A DNA stretch of 63,866 nt, counting the filler, from Octopus bimaculoides (lineage: Eukaryota), in the NCBI RefSeq assembly GCF_001194135.2. It is 4 parts of 3 records of this genome, joined end to end, with 100 filler letters (N's around TTAATTAATTAA, not from the genome) between each part and the next. Parts side by side here need not be neighbours in the genome. Positions count along the whole stretch, not along the records: positions 1 to 29,796 come from NC_068981.1; 3 more parts are not named here. One strand, 5' to 3'. Shown piece by piece: positions 1 to 15,330 of the stretch (the stretch's first letter is position 1; each line of letters opens with the position of its first letter). The position numbers and the translations under genes are program-made. Below the pieces are notes generated by a model. The model had not been told where the DNA came from. It was given only the letters and a program-made list of their open reading frames with translations, and made no database searches.

Positions 1-185
1 TATATATACGTGCATTACCTTGACATTCGTCGGAAAATGCTGACAAAACTTTTGTGGAGATATTCTATAATACATCATAGGAATGAAAAGAATCATTTCT
101 AAAACGCCAATAGTCTGATATATGTTGCAATATAGGCTCAGAGTTTTGATATCTATATAATATTAATATGGATGTAGATATAAAT

Positions 186-302
186 ATGTATGTGTGTGTG
201 TATGCATGTATGTATGTATGTATGTAGTATGTATTTATGTATGTATGTAAGAATGGATGGATGGATGGATGGATGGATGGATGGACGAATGTATATGGGT
301 GT

Positions 303-340
<38 letters not shown>
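186..340. repeat. Compound microsatellite (TATG)n-(GGAT)n-(GT)n
   Basis: Directly visible tandem runs; explains ORFs 153-428. Confidence 0.95.
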
Positions 341-341
<1 letters not shown>

Positions 342-795
342 CATATTACATACACTCACTTATATGCATATATAGAGATATTGAAATCTGATGCACATAC
401 ACACACATACACTCACATGCCTGGGTAGGTAGGGATGTATCTATATGATTAACAACTGTACTAAACACCAAGCTAACTTACACACACAAACTATGAAATC
501 AAGCAAAGAAATACTTGTGCATCACAAAGCATTCGACTGTTTCTTCAAGTTTCGCTTCTTCCCGTTGTGCGTAGTCTTCACTGGAAGCAATGACTTCTGT
601 TTTTGTTCTCTTCGCTCTTGCTGTTGATGCTGTTACTGTCATTTCTGTACTTTTAATAGCGTTTTATTTTTATCTATCAGTTATTTGCTTCTTGCTTATA
701 CCAACTCGTTCAAAGCCTGTGGAAAATTCACGATAGGTGTGAACTACTGAACAATCACTAGCAAAATATTCGCCACAGTGAACATTCTTTTATGA

Positions 796-841
<46 letters not shown>

Positions 842-1189
842 TCCCTTAGTCCATAATCCCTCTAGAAATTTTCCGAAAAGTGACAGTGCTAAGGTTGCAG
901 ATTGCTGAGTGAGTTTGAATGAACCTACAATTCAAACCTGAGACTTAATCGGTCGCAAGAATGATAATCCTCTCATCTACACCAACAAGTGACATGAATT
1001 ATTTATGAGATTCTTTGATGCAGAAATATAGCTTACACGTATGTACACATGCATGCATCCACACATGCAGATATGCATATATACATACATGCATGCATGT
1101 ATACATACATACATACGTACATACATGCATATACATATGTGTGTAAATACATATATGAGTGTATGTATATATATATTAACATATATATG

Positions 1190-1232
<43 letters not shown>

Positions 1233-1622
1233 NNNNNNNNNNNNNNNNNNNNNNNNNNNNNNNNNNNNNNNNNNNNNNNNNNNNNNNNNNNNNNNNNNNN
1301 NNNNNNNNNNNNNNNNNNNNNNNNNNNNNNNNNNNNNNNNNNNNNNNNNNNNNNNNNNNNNNNNNNNNNNNNNNNNNNNNNNNNNNNNNNNNNNNNNNNN
1401 NNNNNNNNNNNNNNNNNNNNNNNNNNNNNNNNNNNNNNNNNNNNNNNNNNNNNNNNNNNNNNNNNNNNNNNNNNNNNNNNNNNNNNNNNNNNNNNNNNNN
1501 NNNNNNNNNNNNNNNNNNNNNNNNNNNNNNNNNNNNNNNNNNNNNNNNNNTATATATATATATATACGAATGTCTGTGCTTGTATGTATATATGTGTGTA
1601 TGCATATATGTACGTATGTATG

Positions 1623-1656
<34 letters not shown>

Positions 1657-1841
1657 TGTATGTATGCTTGCATGTATGAATTACATATGTATTTGTGAGC
1701 GGGGGTGTGGATATATCATAAATTCATAACTAAGATTTTAAGCCTTCGGTACTCCAATTCCAAGTATTGCGTAACGTCTTGGCCCTACGACTAAGGTCTT
1801 ATATATTTATACACGTATATTTGAAGTCACATATTCTATTC

Positions 1842-1990
1842 GGTAGAGTGTTGAGTTCATGGTAATTAGATTTTAGGATCGATTCTCACCCTGGACATTG
1901 TACTGAACAACCTGGAGCAAGGCACTTTATTTCATCCTACTCCATTATACCCAGATGCAAATGTGTATCAGTGACACTTGGAGTTAACTA
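1842..1990 (+). mobile_element. Degenerate tRNA-headed SINE (same head family as 29459-29770)
   Basis: ggtagagtgttgag...ggatcgattctc (A/B-box-like) followed by ggagcaaggcactttatttca, matching gagcaagacgctttatttca of the better copy at 29.6 kb. Confidence 0.5.
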
Positions 1991-2139
1991 AAGACGTTCT
2001 CTCAATACTGTTCAGTAGGTGTTGTCTAGGTGATGAAATAGAACTCTTAATGGCTGTTAAACTAATATTATGTGTCCCCTTCCATCCCATCTTTTAACAT
2101 GGATACCGTCAGTGTCAGTCGGTGTTGATGTGAAAGTTA

Positions 2140-2430
2140 CCTGTAGTTCTTAACATCTTTCTACAGCTAATGTCCAATTTCAGATACCTGCAACTGTCCA
2201 CTCTGTATCCTAATTGCAGCTGTTAACAGCTTTCCATTCTTGATATCCAAACTGCAGATATCCTCAACTATCCTGTTTAATATCATAATTGTAATTGTTA
2301 ATTTTTTGTCTATTCCAGATGTCTAATTGTAGATATCTTCAACTGTGCGGTGTAGTATCCTTATTGCAGTTGTTAATGTCCACATTGCAGACATCTTCAA
2401 CTATCCAGTATAGTAACTTAATGGTTGGCA
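2140..2430. repeat. Degenerate tandem array, ~75-bp period, ~3.7 copies
   Basis: Anchor t(g/c)ttaa recurs at 2148, 2221, 2296, 2371 (73/75/75 bp); the motif cagata(t/c)c..caact recurs in each unit. Confidence 0.7.
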
Positions 2431-4118
2431 CTCGGACCGGCATGCAATAGCATTGTGGAATATAGTTTTATCAAATACAGTCGGTTGAGGCCAGCAGTCT
2501 GTTGAAGTACTTCTTTCCCTGAGGAACTTTACTCAACTAATGCAGTACTCTCTGTGTAACTTTAATCGGCTAATGCAATACTCTCTTCGACTACCGTAGC
2601 ATTTCTGTCATCCATGTTAGAAATCTGGAACATAAACAGGGCATTGGTATCCCATTTCCGTATTTCTCGCCATTCTTTCCTCGTCTGACTTCGAAATATG
2701 TAATTATCGTAAGTAAACCCCATTCCTATGACTCATGACAACTATGTGGTCCGTTTGGTCTGCGTGTATCTGTATGCGTATATAAATATATACTTATATA
2801 AACGTATGTACGCGAGTGTGTATATGTATATATGTAGTTATATATGTTTGTGTCTGTATATCTATCCATCTATGTGTGTGTGTGTGTGTGTGTGTATGTC
2901 TGTGTGTGTGTGTATGCATATGTACGTACATTTACCTACACATATAGACATATATATTATAATATATTATGGAGTATGCTTGTTAAATGTGATTTTATCA
3001 CATGCTGATTGGTTAACATTCTTCTATCGATTCCGAGTAAACTCGCAAAATAATTGAAGTAGCTCCATAGAATTGCTTAGCCTTATTTTTTTCTTCAGAA
3101 ACAGACGGTCAGTATTTAAATTTGGAAGGAAGTTTGAATAATGGGACCGTAATGTATTAGGGATGATATGCAGTAATTAGATGGAAGAAGCATGGACAGA
3201 AACTAACAAATGTGATATGTTCATGTACGCTTGTAAACATAACAATATTTCGCTTTTGTAATTTACTTGCTAGACTCCTAATGCGAAACAGTGTGTTGCA
3301 ATACATTTCGATGTATCTCAGGAGAGTTAATACTCTAATAATCATCATACGATTTTAGTATTTATTATTGGTATACTATCACACCCAAACAAAATACAAA
3401 CCAGTGAAAGTGTAAAATGAAACATATAGACATGTTTGATGAAGAAATATTGACGCCATAAAAGTAGACAGCATATTTAAATATAATAGCTAAGAGCAGA
3501 TTGAATACAAGATCAACTAATTACAGTATTCATTAAAAACGCATAAGGATCGCTTCCTCTTGTTCCGCAAACTGCCAAATGTAAGTGGTGTGGTACTAAT
3601 TATATAAGTACTTCTTGCATGCTACTTAATTTCAGTCGTTTGGAAGACAGGCCTAAGAAATCCTCGTTGTACCTTTAATGAAATACGAAACTAATCACTT
3701 CTCTTATACCAAGCTGTCAAAAGTCGTGTAACTTAACCGTGACATACACTTTTACAGAATAAATAATTGACTGTATGTTTATGACACACATGGGCATTAT
3801 TCTGATTATAGATTAATCAATAAATCACACATTGGTCTTATTCGAATTATTACTATTCATAAGTACACGTACGTGTGTATATGTGTGTAGATACACACAT
3901 AGATTTGTATGTACACAACGATACTGACACTTCAACACCCACACATATTTCTCTACATACATATGTATATGTACGTATGGATGTATGCATATATATATAT
4001 ATNNNNNNNNNNNNNNNNNNNNNNNNNNNNNNNNNNNNNNNNNNNNNNNNNNNNNNNNNNNNNNNNNNNNNNNNNNNNNNNNNNNNNNNNNNNNNNNNNN
4101 NNNNNNNNNNNNNNNNNN

Positions 4119-4161
<43 letters not shown>

Positions 4162-4182
4162 ATATATATACGTACATGCATA

Positions 4183-4253
<71 letters not shown>

Positions 4254-4749
4254 CACGTGTCCAAACGATGCCTGGCATTCTTATTCTTAATACTTCTGGC
4301 ACTTTCGAAAGTGTATAAGCCACACGTTGCGTTTCGTGTCTGAAGAGCAATTTGTGATCATAACACATTCGATTCACTGGATTAAGCGACGTTACTACAC
4401 CTGGTATTTCGGCATCGTTGTTTCTCTTCAGTCAAAGGCGCGACAAAATCCAAGAACAAAGTGTCCCACAGTCCTCACACTTCCCTCATGAAAGAAAAGT
4501 TGTTTTCTTGTGACGAACAAAACATTCATTATCGCATTCCTCTTCGAATTTACTGATACATATTAAGAATAGGTATGTACGTCACCGTTTTGATTTACGC
4601 TGTTCATACTACATACACACATATATGCATGAAGACATATAGACACGCATACATATGTATATTTATATGGAAACTATGTGGAATCCCTTCGTATATATGT
4701 ATTTATATATATATACACAAACACACACACACACAAACACACACACACA

Positions 4750-4801
<52 letters not shown>

Positions 4802-5172
4802 NNNNNNNNNNNNNNNNNNNNNNNNNNNNNNNNNNNNNNNNNNNNNNNNNNNNNNNNNNNNNNNNNNNNNNNNNNNNNNNNNNNNNNNNNNNNNNNNNNN
4901 NNNNNNNNNNNNNNNNNNNNNNNNNNNNNNNNNNNNNNNNNNNNNNNNNNNNNNNNNNNNNNNNNNNNNNNNNNNNNNNNNNNNNNNNNNNNNNNNNNNN
5001 NNNNNNNNNNNNNNNNNNNNNNNNNNNNNNNNNNNNNNNNNNNNNNNNNNNNNNNNNNNNNNNNNNNNNNNNNNNNNNNNNNNNNNNNNNNNNNNNNNNN
5101 NNNNNNNNNNNNNNNNNNNNNNNNNNNNNNNNNNNNNNNNNNNNNNNNNNNNNNNNNNNNNNNNNNNNNNNN

Positions 5173-5204
<32 letters not shown>

Positions 5205-8200
5205 TATACATATGTATGTGTGCAATACATGTGTGTGTGTATGTCTATATGCGTACGTGTCTTTGTATTTGTCCCCTCGGCTTTCGACAGCAGTTGTTTA
5301 TGTACGAAAAAAATATTTATGCGGCCCCCTTTCATCGGTTTTCTTATCAGTTGCGCTATCGCTCATTGACATTCAAAACATAAATGCCCCATTTCTGATA
5401 CTGGTCGCTGTAGATATCTAACAAGTGCTTGACGAATATGTCTGGAATATAAATGTAAAACCCATAATGTAGATCATAAAAACCAGTATACTTGGCTCTC
5501 GTGCAGTTAGCTATTGCTCTCGGTATTTCTGTGGCTGTTATCGACTTTTCACACCACTCCCTCTCAGTTGCTAAGAGTCATGGTAATCATTAAAGTCTAT
5601 CCTGCAATCTCACCTCTAATATTGCCGCAGAGACGTTACGCAAATCTACTTGAAATCGAGTAGCACTCGCTCAGAATCGGCAGTGTAAATGTACACGGTT
5701 AGCGTTCGACTTGTAAGCACGTTGATCTCCATTATGTTATCAGAACAATAGATATAGATGTGGTGGCCAGCAGCGAGAGTAGAATTTCCCAGGCAAGAGG
5801 TGGCTACCAGTGGTACACAACTACAAGTCGACCAGAATCGGGAGGTGGGGGTCGCTGTATTCTTACAAAAATGTTTTAATCTCATGATACAGACCAGCTT
5901 GTTGGATACAGAAGATAAGGTGATGATGCTAGACATGACCAACAACAGGTTCGGACATTTAGATTTGTAGCCGACAACGTGTTGATAGATATAGCACTGC
6001 TTTGTTACATAAAAGGAGGAAAGGGGAAAGGGTCACTTTCGGTATTTTTGTGGAAGAACTGGTGTTCCATCCCTCCGGTTAGTTGTAGATATTTCCGCGA
6101 GTAATTCATTGTGCAATCTTTTGTTAATTTTGCATCACAAATATCCTTTTCCATCGAAATAGAGTGCCTAAACTCTCATAAATTTAATTTAAAATCATTA
6201 GATACTAAATTTGTAAACTAAAGGTCATGAGGTTTTATAAATGAAGGCATAAATGTATATTGTCGTTAAAAATACTGCAATTAAATGTTAAACGCAATAA
6301 TCATATTAACATTCTATTTATCCATGAAAGGATAAGGTGTGATAAAAAATATAAAGATCAAAGATTTAAGTCTTTCTTCAATAACACGTGTGAAGTAGAA
6401 TTTAAAAGTAATGAAGTGAGAAATATAACGAAAAATACTATTGAAGATAAAAGAGATGAGGGAGAGAAAATGTCAAAAATAGCACTCTAAATGATGTATC
6501 AATGAAGGAGAAACACAATATATAAATGTAAGGAAATATCAAGAGAAATATAAAAGATCGAAGATAGAAAGTTGTAACGAAACTATTTCAAAAATAAGTA
6601 ATAACTCTCATAACAGTGACTAGTAGCGTAATTACTATTTTATTATGTAAGAGTATATATATGCATGGCTTATAGTCGCCTTGGACAAGTATATTTTCCT
6701 TTAAGCCCAGAACGACTAATTTCTGGTGAGAGAAATTGTTAAGTGTGTGTCTTTGAGACTGTATTTGTCTCTTGACAACTAATGTTGGTTTGTAACATAC
6801 GAGTTCGGTAAAAACCAAAACTGACGGAATAAGTACGACACTTAATATACAAGCACTAGGACAGGTCTGTTTAAGTAAAACACTTCAAGGTGGAGCCTAT
6901 AATATTTGAATGCTTATATGTATGTATTCATGTATGTTATACACATACCTACACACATTTATGTGTATGTTTCTGAGTGTGATGCACTCGTTTATACAAA
7001 TTACAATGTTGTGCAAATAGAAATAACTGGCCTTGATATTAAAATCATATGAATATAGTATTTGTGCGTGAGTGGGAAACGATGTGATATTAAAGTTAAG
7101 AATTTTTTTTTTTTTTTTTTTTTGCTTCTAGGTCATTTAGTGGATTAATTCAAAGTTTCTCCCTCATGCTAGTTGTAACATGCTGTGTGGTAAATGGCCT
7201 TCTTACTGGTATAAGGCAGCAAGTTTCATATTCTCATGGAAACTTTGAACCAAAATATCTCATTCTTTTTCTAGCGATGTTTACGCGTTTATTATGAATA
7301 TGTAGTTTCGTGATGAATTTCCTCACGAAATCGGGTCATTCTTGGTTAGCGATTTTCATATGGCGTTGACAAAATATTACACAATGTTGAATTGAGTATA
7401 GCTCTTGATGGCAGCGGTAATGTAGGTTCACTGTTCTAGACCTGTGATTCTTCTAAGCTGAAGTTTGATAGCATTGAAAATACACTATCTAATTATTAAC
7501 ACTTCATTTTAGAAGAGTTAATCTACTTACATTTTGAATTGGGGATGAAGCTGCTCGTATGATCTTGAAGAGAAATGTGCCGTGCACACCAAGTGATATA
7601 CCTCAATATTATAAGAACGAATGCCTCCAAATTTGATCACGTGATCAGTTTATAATTTCCGTACAAGTATATATATCACTTGTTTTCAAATTTTATATTT
7701 ATTTATGAAATAATCAGTAATACCACGCGGACACACTTCTAGTGCATATGAACAAATTCACTGATTATTATCCATTAAATATAAGCTCTTTAAGATTTGC
7801 ATCGTGTACTGAGTGCACTTTTCTTTCGCTGTTCACACACGCATACAGAAATATACATTGAATTATATTTAATATGTGTGTGTGTGTGTGTTTGTGTGTG
7901 TGTAGGCACAGCTCTCGCTCTCAATATATATATATATATAATATTCACTTGTATATGTGTATATATATATANNNNNNNNNNNNNNNNNNNNNNNNNNNNN
8001 NNNNNNNNNNNNNNNNNNNNNNNNNNNNNNNNNNNNNNNNNNNNNNNNNNNNNNNNNNNNNNNNNNNNNNNNNNNNNNNNNNNNNNNNNNNNNNNNNNNN
8101 NNNNNNNNNNNNNNNNNNNNNNNNNNNNNNNNNNNNNNNNNNNNNNNNNNNNNNNNNNNNNNNNNNNNNNNNNNNNNNNNNNNNNNNNNNNNNNNNNNNN

Positions 8201-8754
8201 NNNNNNNNNNNNNNNNNNNNNNNNNNNNNNNNATATATATATATATATATATACATATATATGTATATATATGTGTAATGTACACGTACGCATACACACA
8301 CACATACACATGCACGCACACATATATATAAAGAGACAGAGAGACAGGGGGAACTGAGCATCCTAAATCGTCGTTTCCCGGGATGTAACGAATTCTATCC
8401 CATTTAACAGAGAAGCCAGAATGCATAGAGATAACTAAGTTTAAGTGAGACATTGCTGAAGATTCGAGTTATTCCACATCGCAGGGTTAGTTTTTTTCTA
8501 CTCAGAAAATGGGAAATTTAATTAAGCTTTTTATACATTTGACTTAGTGTAAACTAATTATTCTACCTCAATTCAAAAGAAGTCTACATAATTATACATG
8601 TGCCCCTAAAATGATAGTTTTCAGCGTGTATTTCAGTCCCTAACGCACACACACACTCATACACTGATTTACACACAGACAACATTGAAGTATACACAGG
8701 CAAACCCACACCCACTTACATATAAACATACATACATATATATGTATATATATA

Positions 8755-8861
<107 letters not shown>

Positions 8862-9004
8862 ATGCATACGCACATACACATAGAGACATGCATACATAAA
8901 GTTTATAATGAGTGCAGAGGAAATTTGTATAGAATTACATGCTTATCTGTCTCTCTATTTCAGTTTCTTGTGCAAATCTGTATAGGCGGGCATATATTTT
9001 TATG

Positions 9005-9064
<60 letters not shown>

Positions 9065-11387
9065 TCCGTTTAATTTCATTTGGGCGTATGCCTCTGAATG
9101 GGCTCTCAAAAGTACCTATGTCTCTGATTTTTGACTACCGTCCGTCAGTCCCATTTCAACCTGTATAGCCAGGTGGAACAGCATTCAGTTTAGGACAAAT
9201 ATGATGATAACGAAAATGATTTGCGGATGAAAATTTATAGGCTTTATTAGTGTATTATGACGATAAATACCTACATCCCACATGTTCATAAGTCAGGAAT
9301 TTATTATGAATATTCTTAAATAATATCTATTGAATATGAAAAGTATTCCAGACATATGAACATGTGGGGTGTAGAAATACATGTGATACATTAATAAAGC
9401 CTATAAATGTCCCAACTCACAATAGATCTAATACAGGTGTGATGAATAGCGGTTTTTCGCCTGTTTTGTGGCTTATCAACATCATGCACCTGAACCTGGG
9501 ACGAACTAAATTGCCAGTCAATGACTATATATAATGTAAAAACTATTTGCTGGTATGCCACCTTGAATATGGAAGATTAAATTCAGTAACAAATTAAAAG
9601 CTCGAAAATTGTGAAATATCACCTGAATGGGATCTGGAGTGAGGTTTCTCCCTGTCTATGACTTTCAGCTATTTTACCACCCAGTTCAATGAGGAAGGTG
9701 TCCTACAGGTGCTTTTCCGCAGCAAATCAGTGAAGAAACAAAACACATACATTGAATACGTGTAGTCGATAATGTTTACAACCCTAAGGCTGTCTTTAAT
9801 TTGTTACTGAATATTTATACATATACATACACAAATACATATATACATAAGCACACACACACTCGTTCATTCCACTGTTCGTTCTTTCGTTCCCCCTCGC
9901 TCACATTTCCTTGCCTTCTCTTCTTTCCCTCCACTTTTCACTTCACTGTGTCCCTGTCATTTTTCTCACCCCTTCTTAATTTTTTTGTGCCTCTACTTCT
10001 CTCTCTTCTCTTCCTACGTGACCGGTGTTCGGCCAAGCGTGATCTTTCTCTCTTGGCCGGCCGTTATATGTATAACACCGTTATTCCTCCCGGTGCCTGT
10101 GAAATCTTGTATTTCTGCTTTAAGGCCTTATTTCCACAACTCCAGCTTAATTTAATTCTTCCTTAGGTGAAAGACGTCTGTTGTTATGTTCTGTTTTATT
10201 TTTTTCTTATTATATTTGTGTAACATTGTTCGTTTTTTTTCCGTCCTTGTTTTTGTAAACATTCGCTGCTTTCTTCCAAGGAATCTAATGCTTTTAGCTT
10301 AGTTTTTCCTTGGGGCTGGCCAGATTGGAGCAATATCGAGAATAAGCAGCCGAAATTGCAAGGATAATCTGGATCTCGATTGAAGAGAGAAAACTCCGAA
10401 TGACCTGTCCGTGTATTCTTTGTATCGTCTATCTGTATGTTTTGTCCCTTTCTTGTATCACCTAACTGTCTGGATGTTTTGCGTTCTTGTCCCATTCTGT
10501 ATTATTTATACATACATACATACATACATACATACATACANNNNNNNNNNNNNNNNNNNNNNNNNNNNNNNNNNNNNNNNNNNNNNNNNNNNNNNNNNNN
10601 NNNNNNNNNNNNNNNNNNNNNNNNNNNNNNNNNNNNNNNNNNNNNNNNNNNNNNNNNNNNNNNNNNNNNNNNNNNNNNNNNNNNNNNNNNNNNNNNNNAT
10701 ATATACATATATATACCGGAGTAAGGACATAAATGTGCAACAAGGTGGAAAAACGAGTACTCAAATACCAGAGATAGAGTAATATGCTTTATTTAAAGAC
10801 AGCAGAAATATAACAAAAAGTTGATACTCTATATCATTGGGGACGATTCCCGTCTGTTACGGGTGTCGAGACATCTCACTTGATTTTTACGTACTCTCTC
10901 TCTCTCTCTCGCTTCAGTGACAGCTCTCGGCTCGCTGCGTACCACCTAAATCTCACTCTCAACGATATATCAAATTCCAGTAACTTTTCAAATGCAGAGT
11001 TCCAAAATACCCACCATGCTTATTAGAAAATAATTACTAGCAACATATGCAGTGTTAACACCAGAAAAAGCAATCGTTATATTCAACTTGAAGTGCATGC
11101 TTTGCAGAGCGCCAGTTATTACAGCATTCACCTTACGAGAACCTCTCAAAAGTGCACATAATAATAATACTAGTACCATATATTCATTTGAGAGATTAAC
11201 TGAAAGCAAACACTACATTGTTCGGCGTTCGAATAGAACGTCCACCTTCAATTGGATATAAGGATTGCCTTTTGTTATTAATTATGCCACTATCGCTAAT
11301 AGATATTTATAAAAGGATATATGTGAATACGTGTGCGCATTCAAAGTCATTTTGTGCGTAAATGTGTGTGTATACACACACACAAAT

Positions 11388-11469
<82 letters not shown>

Positions 11470-12239
11470 TTAATTAAATATATTCTGTTTGAGTATTATA
11501 CACTGAATTTATAATGAGTGCTCTTTGTATAAAGTGACAAAAATATTAATACTATAAAGTATTTAGATATTAAAATGAGCGATTATAAATACCGTATTTT
11601 GAAATAATAGCATGAAATTTAATATCAAAAATATTCTTCACGTAGATATATATGTCTAAAATAGTATTGTATTAAAAATATATGCAAATATATGAAAGAT
11701 GACAGTTTAAAAATTTTTTTAATTAATGCGTCTTACGATCGTTTCACGAAAGTGTTGTCATTATACTTGGAATCTATTGTTGATACACATTTATAGACAA
11801 TACTTCCGCTCGTCAGAGATGGAAAAGGTAAAATTTTATAATATATCGAATGTTGTTTTAAAATTAGAAAAATATATAAGAAAGTATTTTTGAAAATAGA
11901 TTAAAATTTACTGGTTTAGATTTATGCAGGTCGACTTGCTGGATCCATGTGTGAGGTCTATTTTGAATGGCTTTCACCTTCCCCAGACTTGACTGTATAC
12001 ATTAAGTCTTCTTGTGAAACTAGACTCATGAATGATATTATGGCATTTTTTCATGCAGATGATACCCACCATTTTCATTATTACTTCATCGTTCATTAAT
12101 ATTCTCTCAGTTGTCCTTCACAAACTGACAGTGACATTTTAACTTGAGAAAAGCAGTATGTAGCGGGACACAAATTCATGTACAGCAGATCTACCAATAT
12201 ACTTTTCACAGCCTACACGATGAGGATGATTCACACTGC

Positions 12240-12842
12240 ATCACCATCGTCGTCATCATCATCATCATCATCATCATCTTCTTCATCATCGTCATTATCA
12301 TCATCTTCATCATCCTCATCATCCGCTTCTTCTTTTTCTTCTTCTTCTTCTTCTTCTTCTTCTTCTTCTTCTTCTTCTTCTTCTTCTTCTTCTTCTTCTT
12401 CTTCTTCTTCTTCTTCCACTTCTTCTTATCTCCTCCCACTTCTTTTTCTCTACTTTCTTCCTTCTGTTCTTTACTTTTTCTCTTCTATTTTGCACCTTCT
12501 TCCTTCTTCCTTTTCTTCTTCTTCGTCTTTTTCCTCTTTCTCCTATTCCCCCTCCTTCTGCTTCTTCTTCTCCCGATCCTTCTTCTTCTCTTCACGCGCA
12601 TCATCATCATCATCATCATCACCATCATCATCGTCGTCGTCGTCTTCTTCTTCTTCTTCTTCTTCTTCTTCTTCTTCTTCTTCTTCTTCTTCTTCTTCTT
12701 CTTCTTCTTCTTCTCCTCATCTTTCTTCCCTTTCTTCTTTTTCTGTATCATCATCATCATCATCATCATAATCATCATCGTCGTCTTCTTCTTCTTCTTC
12801 TTCTTCTTCTCCTCATCTTTCTTCCTTTTCTTCTTTTCCTGT

Positions 12843-12879
<37 letters not shown>

Positions 12880-12880
12880 G
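12240..12880. repeat. Compound trinucleotide array (ATC)n/(GTC)n/(TTC)n
   Basis: Directly visible; generates the poly-S/F/K/E/D ORFs at 12144-12953. Confidence 0.95.
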
Positions 12881-13763
12881 CTGCAGCATTGCTCTTTTCG
12901 ACCTCATTATCGCTGTTGGTCTCAATTCAACTCATCATCCTCACCGCCATTGACACCAGCAACTCTCTCTTTTCCAGTACCACTACTATCATTCACAAGA
13001 CTCTTTCCGGCATCAGCCCTATCCCAACAACCAGTACGATAAGTATGATTGCCCTAATATATTTATAGTTCCACAAATGGTGAAGACGATCCGTCAACTA
13101 CACATCGTCAAATGTGTTTCTTAAGTGACAGGAATATTCTATTAGTTTATTCATTGTTATTGTTGACAACGGAGATGGTGATAGACGTGGGGGGGGGAGA
13201 CAGTAACAAAGCGCAGAGCGGAACCAGTGGGTATGTTGCAGGTGATTCGGTGTAACGCCTTCAATAACATCATTTCTGGAGTTCATGTATCTGAGATTTA
13301 TGGTGATGCTCATGGCAATATCGATCATTGATAACATGATGATGATGATATTAGTAGAAGTGCGAGCGGTAATGGTGCCGATGACTATATTCGCATGCTC
13401 ATCATGATTATCACGAGAAAAAACATTAACGCAAGGTTAATGTTTCTTACTTTAGACATATCTGCCAATAGCTTCAGTTTACCGAGCCTTTCTCGATGTA
13501 TCACATTTCTGCGATTGAAAGCACAAGTCTTCCTCTGCAAAGTAACCACTACTCGTTTACGGATGCACGCCCATACACATATGCATGCACGTATATGTAT
13601 GTATATATATTTTCCCATAATGCATATATTTATTTAAGATATATGTACTTAATATATAGAGAGAGAGACGATATACATATATGTGTGTACAAATTACGCA
13701 TGTAATAGATATGTATTATGCACGTATACACACACTCGTATATAAATATATACATACATCATC

Positions 13764-13834
<71 letters not shown>

Positions 13835-13872
13835 CACACGCATAAACACATGTGTGTGAATGGGTGTGTGCG

Positions 13873-13911
<39 letters not shown>

Positions 13912-14392
13912 GTCTATGCATATATACATACACCATATGTATTTATAAGATTATATATGATTAAGATTATGTTCAGTTTTTTTAACATAATGTTCAAATG
14001 TTCATCTATTCCATCAAACACCTACACACACACCATCTAATATAAAAATGAGCATAGTGTTTTTACATATTTGTATACACATATATATTTGTCCAAAATC
14101 ATGCAGTAGGAGGGAGTGAGTGAGAGAAGGGTGGTAGAAGTAAAGAGAGAGGAGAGAAAATAGTAATTCCATGAAGGTGAAGTAGTGAGATTAATAGCCA
14201 TGACTGAAAGGGAGTAAGAGGAAGTGGGAGTGAGAGGAAGTGGGAAAGAGAGCGTCGCGTTCACCACACGTCATGGAGGAGATGAAGTGAGCGTATTAAC
14301 TATGACTCAAAGGCAGTTTGGGCGTGTGTTTATATTTTTCTCGTCGTGTATTTACACACACACAGATATTTATGCACACAACATATACATAC

Positions 14393-14496
<104 letters not shown>

Positions 14497-15330
14497 GATT
14501 ATAATGGCTGTATTTTTCAAATGATTTTCTCAAAAGTGGGAACATACACTGCATATGTTCCAGAGATGGTTTTAGACTTTTGAAATGTTTTCCCATAATG
14601 AGTAACTGTCACCCTGGGGGCAGAAAATACCCGTTCCTGAGTTATGTGGAGAATGGAGGTAACGGTTTGCGAAGTAACTTTCAGAAATTGATTGTCTCCC
14701 TTACATCCATTGGTCAGAAAATTATCACAGTCTCATCTAATATATAAAATAGAGATGTGTGTGTATTCGTTTTTAACGCGTATCTCTATCTCACGATATC
14801 TCTCTATACTTCTCTATCTATATATCTATCTCTCTGTATCTAGCTGTCTCCATCATATTTATCTATATTTATCTTATTTGTCTCTCTCTCTCTCTCCCTC
14901 TCTTTGTATTTCACTCACTCTCTATTGTTTTCACTTTAATTTTCAGACGGTATTGTTTTTACTTTAAGTTCAATCGCTGTTGTTTTCAATCTCTATTTAC
15001 AAATAACAATGACAGATTCCTGACAGAATGACGTTCAGAATTACTGATGAATGTAATTTCATACATACATTACTGACTGAAGTAACTTCATAAATTTCAC
15101 TTCAATCCGTACGCTTCGATAAATTTGCAACATTTTGTGGGGTTTTTTTTTGTTTTGCTGTTCTCGGTATCTTATACATATATAAAGTTGCTGTATACAC
15201 CCGTTAATGAATTTTCGTGAAACTTTGCAATCATGCTAACGTAACATCCAGTTTGTTACTATGTTCATTGAAGTTTAATAAGAATCAATAATTAGAAGGC
15301 TAGGGCCACATTAATATATTTTATTTTAAC

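Noticed and set aside
4325-4360. CTGAAGA next to CGTTTCG
   Set aside because: The two half-cores are on opposite strands, so they cannot form one hammerhead.
5646-6030. 99-aa minus-strand ORF and overlapping 70-aa plus-strand ORF in CpG-rich DNA
   Set aside because: No recognisable domain and no convincing splice-site pair.
7306-7332. tttcgtga..tcacgaaa hairpin containing GTGATGA and GAAA
   Set aside because: Core starts with G, not C, and there is no stem II; a simple short inverted repeat.
13150-13400. Gly/Asp-rich plus-strand reading
   Set aside because: Degenerate (GAT/GGT)n-type sequence with stops.
15044-15075. CTGATGA followed by an ATGTA/TACAT stem, hammerhead-like
   Set aside because: No GAAA after the stem and no stem I or III.
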